Positions 27,947 through 37,283 of a stretch of 64,000 bases of DNA are shown piece by piece. The first letter of the stretch is position 1. Each line of letters starts with the position of its first letter. The stretch lies in assembly GCA_947166925.1 (NCBI GenBank), contig CAMVGD010000004.1, positions 3,793 to 67,792 of the forward strand, in the 5' to 3' direction. Origin of the DNA: an uncultured Clostridia bacterium. Its GTDB lineage: Bacteria > Bacillota > Clostridia > Christensenellales > CAG-138. Both the position numbers and the translations under genes were made by a program. Under the pieces are notes generated by a model. That model was given only the letters and a program-made list of their open reading frames with translations, had not been told where the DNA came from and searched no databases.

Positions 27947-28870
27947 ATGGAGCACTGGAAAAAACAATGGACCCCGCTGATGCCGAAGAACGTAGCGGAG
28001 GTGCTGGACCGACTGGACGACGACGCGCCGCTTCTGGAGATCCGTCTGCGCCGCGACGCGCCGCTGGAGCTTGTATTCGAAGGAGCGGACCGGATCGTAT
28101 ACGGCAACAACGGCACGCCGATGATCTCGTCGGAGGAACTCCGGGAGCTGACGGCAAGGCTCATGTCGTTTTCCGCATATGCATGGGAAAATGAGCGCAG
28201 AGACGGCTTTATCACGGTCGGTGGCTGCCGCATCGGATTGTCCGGAAGGATGGTCCGGACCGAAGGAAACGTGATCGGTTTCTCGTCGGTTTCGGGCGTA
28301 TGCATACGCATCGTCCGAGAGGTCAGGGATTGCGCAAAGCAGCTGCTTCCGTATCTGTGGGACCGCTCCGGGTTCCTTTCCACGATCCTCGTATCGCCGC
28401 CGGGCTGCGGAAAGACGACGCTGCTGCGGGACCTGATCCGGATCAATTCAAGCGGCTTGTACGGCGTCCGTCCTTCCCGCGTCGGCGTTGCGGACGAACG
28501 GTTTGAGCTGTGCGGGGATGCGTCCGGTGTGATCGCCTTTGACCTGGGGATGCGTACCGATGTGATCTCCGGAATATCCAAAGCGGACGCCATGGTCCGC
28601 ATCGTTTCCACGCTTTCGCCGGATATTCTCGCAATGGACGAGCTGAACGACGCAAAAGACGCCGCCGCGCTGCTCGATGCGAAAGGGAAAGGCGTTTCGG
28701 TCCTGGCAACGGCGCACGGCGCTTCGATCGAAGAACTGCGCCTTCGTCCTTCGATCCGCATGCTTCTGCGGGAACATGTGTTTGAACGGATCGTCTTTCT
28801 GCAGGGGCTCGGAAAATGCGCAGCCGTTTATAACGGAGACGGTGCGCGTGTGGATACGGCGGCTTCATGA
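27947..28870 (+). CDS. spoIIIAA: Stage III sporulation protein AA (ATPase)
   Basis: 307 aa. Walker A is VSPPGCGKTTLLRD and Walker B is ILAMDEL. Confidence 0.9.
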   Translation: MEHWKKQWTPLMPKNVAEVLDRLDDDAPLLEIRLRRDAPLELVFEGADRIVYGNNGTPMISSEELRELTARLMSFSAYAWENERRDGFITVGGCRIGLSGRMVRTEGNVIGFSSVSGVCIRIVREVRDCAKQLLPYLWDRSGFLSTILVSPPGCGKTTLLRDLIRINSSGLYGVRPSRVGVADERFELCGDASGVIAFDLGMRTDVISGISKADAMVRIVSTLSPDILAMDELNDAKDAAALLDAKGKGVSVLATAHGASIEELRLRPSIRMLLREHVFERIVFLQGLGKCAAVYNGDGARVDTAAS

Positions 28871-29349
28871 AGACGGTCGGGATCGCGCTGCTGTTCGGGC
28901 TCTGCTGTATGATCGGGTTTCGGCTCGGCGCAAGAAAAACGGCATGTCTGAAGACGGTCCGGTCGCTGCAGAGCGATCTGCAGCTGTTTTCGGAATGGAT
29001 CAAAGCAGACGGCGGAACGCTGACGGAGATCGCGGCAAAGCTGAACGGAACGCTTGCAGGAATCCTGCAGACATACCTCGACCTGCTTGCTGCGGGAAAG
29101 GGAGAGGCGGACGCTGCCGAAACCGCTTCCGGTTTATGCAGCGGATGCGGTACGGCGCATGCCGGTCTGAAACTGTTTCTGAACGGCTTGTCCGCAGCAT
29201 CGCGAAGCGATCTCATCAGGCGTACCCAGACCCTGACGTCAACGCTGGAGCGGGCGGAAACCGAAGCGGAATCGGAAGCCGGACAGGGACGCGTATTCCG
29301 GATCGCCGGCGTACTGATCGGCGCAGCATTGGCTATTCTGCTGTTATAG
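28867..29349 (+). CDS. spoIIIAB: Stage III sporulation protein AB
   Basis: 160 aa with N- and C-terminal TM segments. Position and ATGA coupling are as in spoIIIA operons. Confidence 0.8.
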   Translation: MKTVGIALLFGLCCMIGFRLGARKTACLKTVRSLQSDLQLFSEWIKADGGTLTEIAAKLNGTLAGILQTYLDLLAAGKGEADAAETASGLCSGCGTAHAGLKLFLNGLSAASRSDLIRRTQTLTSTLERAETEAESEAGQGRVFRIAGVLIGAALAILLL

Positions 29350-29356
29350 GAGAGAT

Positions 29357-29554
29357 ATGGACATCAATCTTCTTTTCAAGATCGCGGGTATCGGGATCCT
29401 GGTTGCCGTGATCGTTCAGCTGCTCCGCCAGAATGGAAGGGAGGAGCTTGCAACGGTCGCCGCGATCGCCGGACTGGTCCTTGCGACGATGCTTGTTCTT
29501 TCGATGATCGCATCGCTGCTTGAGACCGTGCGGCAAACCTTCTCCCTGTACTGA
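29357..29554 (+). CDS. spoIIIAC: Stage III sporulation protein AC
   Basis: 65 aa with two TM segments. LFKIAGIGILVAVIVQLL is typical. Confidence 0.85.
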   Translation: MDINLLFKIAGIGILVAVIVQLLRQNGREELATVAAIAGLVLATMLVLSMIASLLETVRQTFSLY

Positions 29555-29555
29555 T

Positions 29556-29948
29556 ATGGAGAGGGTCGTTCTCATTGCGCTGATCGGATCGGTGACGGCG
29601 GTCCAGATGCGGTCAATCCGACACGAGTACGCGGTACTGATCGGCGGAGCGACGTCCGTTCTGATCCTGCTGGAGCTGATTTTTCGCTTTACCGGATTGA
29701 CGGAGACGCTGTCGAAACTCTGCAGCGAATACGGCGTCGCGCCGGATATGCTGCACACGGTCGTGAAGATCCTCGGCATTGCGTATCTGACGGATTTCGG
29801 GGTGAATATCTCCGGAGACGCGGGACAGACGGCGATCGCCGGCGCGCTGGAAATGGTCGGAAAGATCATGATCCTGTCCTGCGCGATGCCCGCCGTCGTA
29901 ACGCTGCTTGAAACCGGCGCATCCTTGATCCGGGAGGCTGCAGGATGA
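29556..29948 (+). CDS. spoIIIAD: Stage III sporulation protein AD
   Basis: Start MERVVLIALIG, 130 aa. KILGIAYLTDFGVNISGDAG is the conserved AD motif. Confidence 0.85.
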   Translation: MERVVLIALIGSVTAVQMRSIRHEYAVLIGGATSVLILLELIFRFTGLTETLSKLCSEYGVAPDMLHTVVKILGIAYLTDFGVNISGDAGQTAIAGALEMVGKIMILSCAMPAVVTLLETGASLIREAAG

Positions 29949-31060
29949 AAAGAGCCGTTATCTTTCTGATCATTCTGACTCTGCCGATGCTGCTGCATGC
30001 GGAGGCGGAGGAGGCGCAGGACGCGATCGACGCGCTGCTGGAGACGATCGACCTGACAGAATGGGATGCATGGTTCCGGGAGAACGGACCTGACGGCATG
30101 CTTCCCTCCGATATTCTGAAGCATCTTGCCAAAATGCAGACGATCGGCGATCCCGACTCTCTGCAAAAGGACCTGTTCTCGATAATGAAGCCGTCCATAA
30201 AAGCGGCGGCTGCCAATACCGCGCTGCTTCTGGGACTGGCTGCGTTCGGCGCAGCCCTGCAGGGAATATCGGGTTCTTCTTCGATCGGCGAAACGGCGGG
30301 CGCCGTGTTCCGGTTCAGCGCAGCCGCTGCGATCCTGGTCGTTCTGCTGGCGGAGATCCGCGCGGCTTATTCCGCGCTTTCCGGGATCGGATCGCTGTCG
30401 GAGCTGCTTCTGCCCGTGATCATCGGATATCTGACCCTGAGCGGCTTTGAGAACACGGCGCTGCTGCTGCCTGCGTCCTATGCTTTGCTGTCGGATGTCG
30501 TTTTGCGGATGATCGAAACCTGTATTGCGCCGATGGCGGTGATCGGGGGCGTCATTCTGGTATTCGACGCAAACGGCAGGGGCAGGCTGGCGTCGGTCGG
30601 AAGGCTTCTGCTGCGCGCGTCAAAATGGATCCTCGCAACGGCATGTTCCCTGTATATGGTCGTTACGGCGGTCCGTTCGGCCGCCGCCAAAGGCGCGGAC
30701 AGCCTGCTGATCAAAACGGCAAGGCTTGCAGCCCGAAGCATTCCGGCGGTCGGCTCGCTTCTGTCGGAATCCGTCGATACCGCGTTTCAATGCATGCGTC
30801 TGGTCAAAAACATATTGGGACTGACGGGATGCATCGTTCTGCTCTCCGTCGCACTGAAGCCCGTGATCTCCGTATTCCTGACGCGCAGCAGCTTTCGCGC
30901 GTCTGCGCTCCTTTCAGAGCCGCTGTCCGGAAAGCCGTACGCAGAACTGCTGCGCGGCGTGGGGGATACGCTGCATATCCTGATGCTGTCGGAGCTTGCG
31001 GCGCTCGGCATGGCGCTGATGATGCTTGTTCCGGTACTCGGGACGGGAGGCGCGCCGTGA
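29945..31060 (+). CDS. spoIIIAE: Stage III sporulation protein AE
   Basis: 371 aa with a signal peptide and multiple TM segments. Operon position fits. Confidence 0.85.
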   Translation: MKRAVIFLIILTLPMLLHAEAEEAQDAIDALLETIDLTEWDAWFRENGPDGMLPSDILKHLAKMQTIGDPDSLQKDLFSIMKPSIKAAAANTALLLGLAAFGAALQGISGSSSIGETAGAVFRFSAAAAILVVLLAEIRAAYSALSGIGSLSELLLPVIIGYLTLSGFENTALLLPASYALLSDVVLRMIETCIAPMAVIGGVILVFDANGRGRLASVGRLLLRASKWILATACSLYMVVTAVRSAAAKGADSLLIKTARLAARSIPAVGSLLSESVDTAFQCMRLVKNILGLTGCIVLLSVALKPVISVFLTRSSFRASALLSEPLSGKPYAELLRGVGDTLHILMLSELAALGMALMMLVPVLGTGGAP

Positions 31061-31224
31061 GCCGCATCGTCAAAGCCGTACTGATGGTCTCGGCGTACGG
31101 TCTGCTGCTGACGCTGTGCGAACAGATCCTTCCGCGGTCCGGCGTAAAGAAAGCGTCGAAAGCGGCGATCGGATTGCTGTTTATAAAACTGCTTGCAGAG
31201 CAGATCGCAGGCATATTGCGATGA
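31057..31224 (+). CDS. spoIIIAF: Stage III sporulation protein AF, minimal (TM region only)
   Basis: GTG start overlapping the spoIIIAE stop (GTGA). The 55-aa product VSRIVKAVLMVSAYGLLLTLCEQILPRSGVKKASKAAIGLLFIKLLAEQI aligns with the first ~55 aa of B. subtilis SpoIIIAF (LLPSSSMQKYAKMVVSLLLI). Confidence 0.5.
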   Translation: MSRIVKAVLMVSAYGLLLTLCEQILPRSGVKKASKAAIGLLFIKLLAEQIAGILR

Positions 31225-31237
31225 AGGGAGGACTATA

Positions 31238-31834
31238 ATGCACAAGAAGGACGGCGGGACGGCTGCCTCATGGTGGAAAACAAAGGTGAAAAAGAATCCC
31301 GCACTGATCTATCTTCTCTATGCGGCAGTCGGGATCGCCGCCGTCCTTTTTTACCTGATCGGAAGCGGGATCCGGTGCAAAGGGGAGACGCGGGAATCCG
31401 CCGTCAGAAACGAGGACCGGGCGGAGATAAGCGCGGGACGGGATGAACTGGAACAAAGGCTGATCGAAGTGCTTTCAAAGATCCGCGGAGCGGGCAGGGT
31501 AGATGTGCTCGTAACGTATGAGACGAACGGAGAGATCGTCACCGCAACCGTACGGCAGACCGATGAGGACGTAAGGAACGCGGACGGTACGGGAGGAAGC
31601 GAGACCTCGCGCTCGGTGCGCGAGGTCACCGAGCCCGCAACGGTCGAGACGGGAAACGGGCATGCCCCGATCGTGCTGTATGAAAAGGAACCGGTCGTGC
31701 GCGGCGTGATCGTCGTCGCGGAAGGCGCATCGGACTTTTCGGTCCGGCAGAAGCTGGAAGCTGCAGTACATGCGGCGACGGGGATCCCGGTCGACCGCAT
31801 CGAAGTGTTTGAAATGTCCTATATGGGACCGTGA
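31238..31834 (+). CDS. spoIIIAG: Stage III sporulation protein AG
   Basis: Start MHKKDGG after GAAGGGAGG. One TM segment, then LEQRLIEVLSKIRGAGRVDVLVTY and PVVRGVIVVAEGA (ring-building motif). Confidence 0.8.
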   Translation: MHKKDGGTAASWWKTKVKKNPALIYLLYAAVGIAAVLFYLIGSGIRCKGETRESAVRNEDRAEISAGRDELEQRLIEVLSKIRGAGRVDVLVTYETNGEIVTATVRQTDEDVRNADGTGGSETSRSVREVTEPATVETGNGHAPIVLYEKEPVVRGVIVVAEGASDFSVRQKLEAAVHAATGIPVDRIEVFEMSYMGP

Positions 31835-31861
31835 TACAAATCATATGCAGGAGGAAGAACG

Positions 31862-32398
31862 ATGAAAGAAATGATCCGACGTTATGGGAAATGGATGAAC
31901 AAGCGTGTATTGACGGCAGTCGGGCTGTGTTTGCTCCTTGCAGCAGCCGTCGTGACGAACATCCTTGTCAACAAGGGCAAGGAAAACACCGAAGCGGCAG
32001 GCACGAAGAATCCGACGCAGGTCACACAGGTGTCGGCGCCGGCGAAGACGCAGACGGATTTCTTTGCGGCATACCGCGATGAACGCGATACCGTCCGCAC
32101 ACAGGAGCTGGCGTACCTCGATGCGATCGTTGCGCAGGGCGCGGATACGGAAACGCTTTCCGACGCGCAGCAGCAGAAGCTGGATCTGGTCAACGCCATG
32201 GAAACGGAGCTGACTGTGGAAAACCTGATCCGGGCCAAAGGCTTTTCGGACGTGATCGTATCGATCCATAAGGGCAACATCAGCGTTGTAGTCGGAGCAG
32301 ACGCGCTGAACGACGAGCAGGTGGCGCAGATTCTGGATATCGTTCTGAGGGAGACCGGAAAGAACGCCGAAAACGTAAAGATCAGCACAACGCTTTGA
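31862..32398 (+). CDS. spoIIIAH: Stage III sporulation protein AH
   Basis: 178 aa with an N-terminal TM segment. DFFAAYRDERD and VENLIRAKGFSDVIVSI are typical of SpoIIIAH. Confidence 0.75.
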   Translation: MKEMIRRYGKWMNKRVLTAVGLCLLLAAAVVTNILVNKGKENTEAAGTKNPTQVTQVSAPAKTQTDFFAAYRDERDTVRTQELAYLDAIVAQGADTETLSDAQQQKLDLVNAMETELTVENLIRAKGFSDVIVSIHKGNISVVVGADALNDEQVAQILDIVLRETGKNAENVKISTTL

Positions 32399-32421
32399 AG
32401 GGGGGAAATCACATTGATGGG

Positions 32422-32450
32422 TTTACTTTTTGGAAGAAGGATGGTATACT
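32422..32450 (+). promoter_or_regulatory. Sigma-A type promoter (extended -10) for the asp23 cluster
   Basis: TTTACT (32422-32427), 17-nt spacer, TGgTATACT (32442-32450). Confidence 0.45.
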
Positions 32451-32490
32451 ACCTACGTATATAGAAATCTGAAAGTACGGAGGATTTGAA

Positions 32491-32904
32491 ATGAGCGAAT
32501 ATAAGGATATCACCATCGCGTCCGAAGAAAACGACGGTAAGATCGTATTTGCGGAAGACGTGGTCGCGACGATCGCAACGCTTGCAGCCGCAGAAGTGGA
32601 CGGCGTTTACGGCATGAGCGGGACCGCTTTCGAAGGAATCGGCGAAAAGCTCGGCAAGAAGAACTATACAAAGGGCATCAAAGTCGAGGTCGGCACGGTC
32701 GAATGCGCAGTCGACATGAGCATCATCGTTCGGTACGGTTTCCGGATCCAGGAGGTTTGCCGCAATGTGCAGACGGCGGTGAAAAACGCGATCGAGACGA
32801 TGACCGGGCTGAAGGTCGTTCAGGTCAATATCGCCGTCAATTCGATCGTGTTTGCCAAGGAAGCGCCGGTTGAACCGCCAAAGCCCGAAAACCGCGTGAA
32901 GTGA
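32491..32904 (+). CDS. Asp23/Gls24 family alkaline shock protein
   Basis: 137 aa. IVFAEDVVATIATLAAAEVDGVYGMS and VNIAVNSIVF. Confidence 0.85.
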   Translation: MSEYKDITIASEENDGKIVFAEDVVATIATLAAAEVDGVYGMSGTAFEGIGEKLGKKNYTKGIKVEVGTVECAVDMSIIVRYGFRIQEVCRNVQTAVKNAIETMTGLKVVQVNIAVNSIVFAKEAPVEPPKPENRVK

Positions 32905-32964
32905 TCGGCGGACGAAGGAATCTTCGACGCTGACGCACGGACAAGCATGATGAAAGGGACTTAT

Positions 32965-33510
32965 ATGAAGCGAGCTGTCGTGATCCTGTCGGGCGTGTTG
33001 GCGTTCTTTGCGATCGTACTCGGCGCAAGTCTTCTCCTGATCGCGATCGGCTGGCCGGTCCGGACGGAACGCCTGCAGGCGCTGGTCGCCGGGATACGGC
33101 AAATGCCCGCGATCCTGCTTCTTGTCGTCATCGCGCTGGTCTGTGTGGCGGTCGGCATTGTTGTATTGTACGGAATGATCGGGAACCATTTGAACCGCAG
33201 GACGAGCGCTCTGCTGGAAAAGAATGCGCTCGGCGATACGGCGGTATCCTTTACGGCGCTTGCGCAGATCACGGAGCGCACCGTAAAAAACAGAAAGGAC
33301 ATCCGCAGCTGTAAAGTCAAGGTCTACGCGATCGGGAACAGCGTCAGGATCGACGTGCGCGCAGTGACGTCGCCGACGGTATCGCTTCTGGAACTGACGC
33401 ATACGATCCAGGACGAGATCAACGCCGCGATCCTTGCCCTCTGCGGAATCGCAGTCGGCAGCATCGACGTCACGATCGATCAGGCGGAGCTTCCGCCGAA
33501 AAGAGTCTAA
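32965..33510 (+). CDS. amaP: Alkaline shock response membrane anchor protein AmaP
   Basis: Two N-terminal TM segments plus an Asp23-like soluble part. Follows asp23. ATG 32965 has a better SD (AAAGGGA) than 32947. Confidence 0.7.
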   Translation: MKRAVVILSGVLAFFAIVLGASLLLIAIGWPVRTERLQALVAGIRQMPAILLLVVIALVCVAVGIVVLYGMIGNHLNRRTSALLEKNALGDTAVSFTALAQITERTVKNRKDIRSCKVKVYAIGNSVRIDVRAVTSPTVSLLELTHTIQDEINAAILALCGIAVGSIDVTIDQAELPPKRV

Positions 33511-33537
33511 TCGAACAGGACGGAGGTTGGACCGAAT

Positions 33538-33750
33538 ATGAAGGAGTTTTTTCAAAACCATAAATGGGCTGTGATCCTCAGCATCCTTGCGCTGATCATC
33601 GTGCTGATGATCTACCTGATCGGCTGGTGGACGCTGCTGGCGGGTATTCTCGTCGTGATCGCGATCTTCTTCGGACGCATGGTTGACCGCGGCGGTCTTG
33701 ACGCGGTCAAGGAATTCTTCCGCAATCTGTTCAGAGGGAAACGCGCATGA
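33538..33750 (+). CDS. Small integral membrane protein (DUF2273-like)
   Basis: 70 aa with two TM segments. Third member of the conserved asp23-amaP-DUF2273 trio. Confidence 0.6.
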   Translation: MKEFFQNHKWAVILSILALIIVLMIYLIGWWTLLAGILVVIAIFFGRMVDRGGLDAVKEFFRNLFRGKRA

Positions 33751-34145
33751 GCCATACGTTATCAAGAGAAATTGCGATGAAGCGGCTGTACGCCGAAACG
33801 GTCGGCGGCGTCGATTCGATCGAGGATGCGCTTGAACAATCCGAGCGTCCCGCGCTTTCCGAGGAAGACGCACTTTTCTCGGATCGCCTGTATGAAGGCG
33901 TATGCGCGCATCTGGACGAGATCGACGCGGTGATCGGAGAGCATGCAAAGGATTGGTCGATCGCGCGGATCGCGAAGGTCGATCTTTCGATCCTGCGCAT
34001 CGCAGTTTACGAGATCCTGTATGAGGACTCGATCCCGATCGGCGCGACCGTAAACGAAGCGGTCGAGCTCGGGAAGGAATTCGGCGGCGAAAAGTCCGCA
34101 GGATTTATCAACGGCATTCTCGGATCCGTTGCAAAGACGCATTGA
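33747..34145 (+). CDS. nusB: Transcription antitermination factor NusB
   Basis: 132 aa. IARIAKVDLSILRIAVYEILY and NEAVELGKEFGGEKSAGFINGILG. Confidence 0.9.
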   Translation: MSHTLSREIAMKRLYAETVGGVDSIEDALEQSERPALSEEDALFSDRLYEGVCAHLDEIDAVIGEHAKDWSIARIAKVDLSILRIAVYEILYEDSIPIGATVNEAVELGKEFGGEKSAGFINGILGSVAKTH

Positions 34146-35101
34146 TTATGCACAGCCCGCTGAGCATCGGGATCGATACGAGCTGTTATACAACCTCGGT
34201 CGCATGTACGGACGGAAAGAGCATCGTCTTTTCAAAAGGGACGATGCTTTCAGTGGCTTTTGGAGATCGAGGGCTCAGGCAATCCGAGGGGCTGTTTCAG
34301 CATATCAGGCAGCTTTCACCGCTGCTTTGCGAACTGCTTTCCAACGTCGACAAGGATGACGTCGCATGTGTTTCTGTCAGCGCTTCGCCGACAGCGGCGC
34401 CGGACAGCTATATGCCGGTATTTCTGGCGGGACTTGCGCAGGCGGAAACGCTTGCCGCCGCGCTCGGCGTTCCGCTGATCCGGACGGATCATCAAAGCGG
34501 TCATATCCGTGCCGCGCTGTACGGAAACGAAACGCTCCTCGGACGTGAACGCTTTCTTGCCATCCATATCAGCGGCGGAACGACCGATCTTCTCCTGGTG
34601 GAGCCGCATCGCGACGCGCCGTACCGCATCGACAGGATCGGCTGTTCGACCGATCTGCATGCCGGACAGTTTGTGGATCGCGTCGGCGTGGCGCTGGGAC
34701 TGCCGTTTCCCGCGGGAAAGCATCTGGAAGCGCTTGCGCGGACGGCGGCGCAGATGGACGTCAAGCTGGCAAGCGCGGTGAAAGGAACGGATTGTTCCTT
34801 CTCCGGCGCGGAATCCGCGGCGCAGAGACTGTTGCATACGGTGCCGGACGCCGAGCTTGCATACGGCGTTTACGACTGCCTTGCGCGTACGCTTTCCAAG
34901 ATGTTCGATCATGCCGTGCAGACATACGGTCGTCTTCCGATTCTCGTTTGCGGCGGCGTAGCGTCGTCCGGCCTGTTGCGGACGATGCTCGGAAAGCGAT
35001 TTTCCGGCGAGCTGTATTTCGGGAAGCCGGAGCTTTCCTCGGACAACGCGGTCGGCGTCGCGTTTCTCGGTGCGGATCGGAGGGCGTTATGGACGAATTG
35101 A
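34142..35101 (+). CDS. Kae1/TsaD (glycoprotease) family protein
   Basis: 319 aa. ASKHA fold signatures are LSIGIDTSCYTTS, TDHQSGHIRAA (HxxxH-like metal site), HISGGTTD and VCGGVASS. Confidence 0.6.
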   Translation: MIMHSPLSIGIDTSCYTTSVACTDGKSIVFSKGTMLSVAFGDRGLRQSEGLFQHIRQLSPLLCELLSNVDKDDVACVSVSASPTAAPDSYMPVFLAGLAQAETLAAALGVPLIRTDHQSGHIRAALYGNETLLGRERFLAIHISGGTTDLLLVEPHRDAPYRIDRIGCSTDLHAGQFVDRVGVALGLPFPAGKHLEALARTAAQMDVKLASAVKGTDCSFSGAESAAQRLLHTVPDAELAYGVYDCLARTLSKMFDHAVQTYGRLPILVCGGVASSGLLRTMLGKRFSGELYFGKPELSSDNAVGVAFLGADRRALWTN

Positions 35102-36300
35102 AACCGGTCTTTTCGGTGCATGAACTGACCGAATATGTGGATCTGCTGCTCGGATTTGATCCGAATCTCAAGGAGCTTGCGGTCGAGGGAGAGCTGCAGG
35201 GCGTGAAACGCCATATGTCCGGGCATCTGTACTTTACGCTGAAGGACGAGCTTGCTTCGGTCAACTGCGTGATGTTCCGGCAGTACGTGCAGGGACTTCG
35301 GTTCATTCCGAAGGACGGCCAGCACGTCCGGCTTACCGGAAAGGCGACGCTGTATCAGAAGGACGGACGTTTTCAGCTGATGGCGACCGGGCTGATCGCA
35401 AAGGGAGACGGTGCGCTGTATGCCGCGTTTGCCGCTTACAAGGAAAAACTGAAGGACCTCGGCTGGTTTGACGAATCCGAAAAGAAGCCGATCCCGTTTC
35501 TGCCGAACGCAGTCGGACTGGTCACAAGCGCAAGCGGCGCGGCGCGTCATGACGTTGAGACGGTGATCGGACGCCGCTTTCCGTCCATGCCGATCATCTT
35601 TTATCCGGCTGCCGTGCAGGGCGCCGGCGCTGCGCAGGAGATTGCGGACGCGATCGATCGCGCCGACGCAGAGAAGCGCTGCGACGTTCTGATCGTCGGT
35701 CGCGGCGGCGGCAGCATGGAAGACCTGTGGCCGTTCAACGAACCGCCGGTCGCGGAAGCGATCCGCCGCTGTTCCGTTCCCGTTATTTCGGCGGTCGGAC
35801 ACGAGACGGATTTTTCGATCAGCGATTATGTCGCGGACCTTCGCGCGCCGACGCCTTCCGCGGCGGCAGAGCTTGCTGTACCGGAACGTGACGTGCTTCT
35901 GGCATCGCTGTCGGCATTGGGCGGCAGGCTGAAGAATGCGCTGCAGAACGGGATACGCACAAAACGCGACCGCTGCAGGCTGTTATGGGGCGATGCGGTC
36001 CGTATGCGGCTGAGCCGCGCGCTCGAGCAGCGGCGGCAGGCTTCGGACGAACTGCATGCGGCGATCGCACTGCAATGCGCCCGCCGGCTGGAAAACCGGA
36101 AAAACCGACTGGAACGGGAAAAGGAACGGCTGTTTGCTTACGATCCGCAGCGAACGCTGGAACGCGGATTTGCGATCGTCGGCAGAGAAAATGGCGCGAT
36201 CGTCAGAAGCGTTGACGGAGTTGACAAGGGAGACGCGGTATCGATCCGGTTTGCGGACGGTACGGCACATGCGAAGATCACGGGAAAGGAATCCATATGA
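35089..36300 (+). CDS. xseA: Exodeoxyribonuclease VII large subunit
   Basis: Start MDELKPVFSVHELTEYV. Contains GHLYFTLKD, VGLVTSASGAARHD and GRGGGSMEDLWPFN. Confidence 0.9.
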   Translation: MDELKPVFSVHELTEYVDLLLGFDPNLKELAVEGELQGVKRHMSGHLYFTLKDELASVNCVMFRQYVQGLRFIPKDGQHVRLTGKATLYQKDGRFQLMATGLIAKGDGALYAAFAAYKEKLKDLGWFDESEKKPIPFLPNAVGLVTSASGAARHDVETVIGRRFPSMPIIFYPAAVQGAGAAQEIADAIDRADAEKRCDVLIVGRGGGSMEDLWPFNEPPVAEAIRRCSVPVISAVGHETDFSISDYVADLRAPTPSAAAELAVPERDVLLASLSALGGRLKNALQNGIRTKRDRCRLLWGDAVRMRLSRALEQRRQASDELHAAIALQCARRLENRKNRLEREKERLFAYDPQRTLERGFAIVGRENGAIVRSVDGVDKGDAVSIRFADGTAHAKITGKESI

Positions 36301-36488
36301 AAGAACCGACCTTTGAAGAAAAACAGGAAAAACTGGAGTCGATCGTTGCCAGGCTTGAAACCGGCAACGTCCCGCTGGAGGAAATGATCTCTCTGTATGA
36401 GCAGGGCGAAGCGCTGTATCGCGATTGCGTACAGACGCTGGACGCGTTTGAAAAGAGACTTGCGGATCTGCAGAAGGAGAACGCATGA
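36297..36488 (+). CDS. xseB: Exodeoxyribonuclease VII small subunit
   Basis: 63 aa. FEEKQEKLESIVARLETGNVPLEEMISLYEQG. Confidence 0.9.
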   Translation: MKEPTFEEKQEKLESIVARLETGNVPLEEMISLYEQGEALYRDCVQTLDAFEKRLADLQKENA

Positions 36489-37282
36489 TGTGCAGAACGG
36501 AGCGGATCGAACAAGCGCTGCGCACCTATATGACGGAGGACGCGTCTGCATCGTTGCTGAAAGAGAGCATGTCGTACAGCCTGCTGGACGGCGGAAAACG
36601 GATCCGTCCGCAGCTTCTTCTGCTGATTACCGAAATGCTCGGCGGAAAAGAGGATGAAGCGATGCCGTTTGCCTGCGCGCTTGAAATGATCCATTGTTAT
36701 TCGCTGGTCCACGACGATCTTCCGGCAATGGACAACGACGCCATGCGGCGGGGCAAGCTGAGCTGCCACGCCCGGTTCGGTGAGGGAAATGCGATCCTTG
36801 TGGGCGACGCGCTGCTGACGAAAGCGGGGATGCTTCTGCTTGCGCAGGACGGGCATGACGAAGCCAAGCGGGCGATATTCGAAGGCGCATACGCCATGGT
36901 CAGCGGACAAAGCGACGATCTGAATCTTAAGGAACGAACGGCAGAGACGCTGGAGAGGATCCATCTGAACAAGACCGGTGCGCTGTTCCGTGCGGCGTGT
37001 ACAGCAGGCGCATATCTTTCGGATCCGGCGAAGGCGGAGACGATGCGTGAATTCGGCGATGCGATCGGTCTGCTGTTTCAGATGACCGACGATCTGCTTG
37101 ATGAAGAAAAGGACCGACTTGAGGACAAACTGACCTATGTGACCTTCTACGGAAGGGAAGTAACGAAGGCTTGCATCGAAACGGAATACAAGCGTGCCGA
37201 TGCGATCCTTGCGCCGTATGCGGGCGAAGCGGCGGAAACGCTGCGAAATCTGATACAATTATTACGGAGTCGAACATACTGA
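36485..37282 (+). CDS. ispA: Polyprenyl (farnesyl) diphosphate synthase
   Basis: FARM motif LVHDDLPAMDNDAMRRG and SARM motif FQMTDDLLD. Confidence 0.85.
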   Translation: MMCRTERIEQALRTYMTEDASASLLKESMSYSLLDGGKRIRPQLLLLITEMLGGKEDEAMPFACALEMIHCYSLVHDDLPAMDNDAMRRGKLSCHARFGEGNAILVGDALLTKAGMLLLAQDGHDEAKRAIFEGAYAMVSGQSDDLNLKERTAETLERIHLNKTGALFRAACTAGAYLSDPAKAETMREFGDAIGLLFQMTDDLLDEEKDRLEDKLTYVTFYGREVTKACIETEYKRADAILAPYAGEAAETLRNLIQLLRSRTY

Positions 37283-37283
37283 T

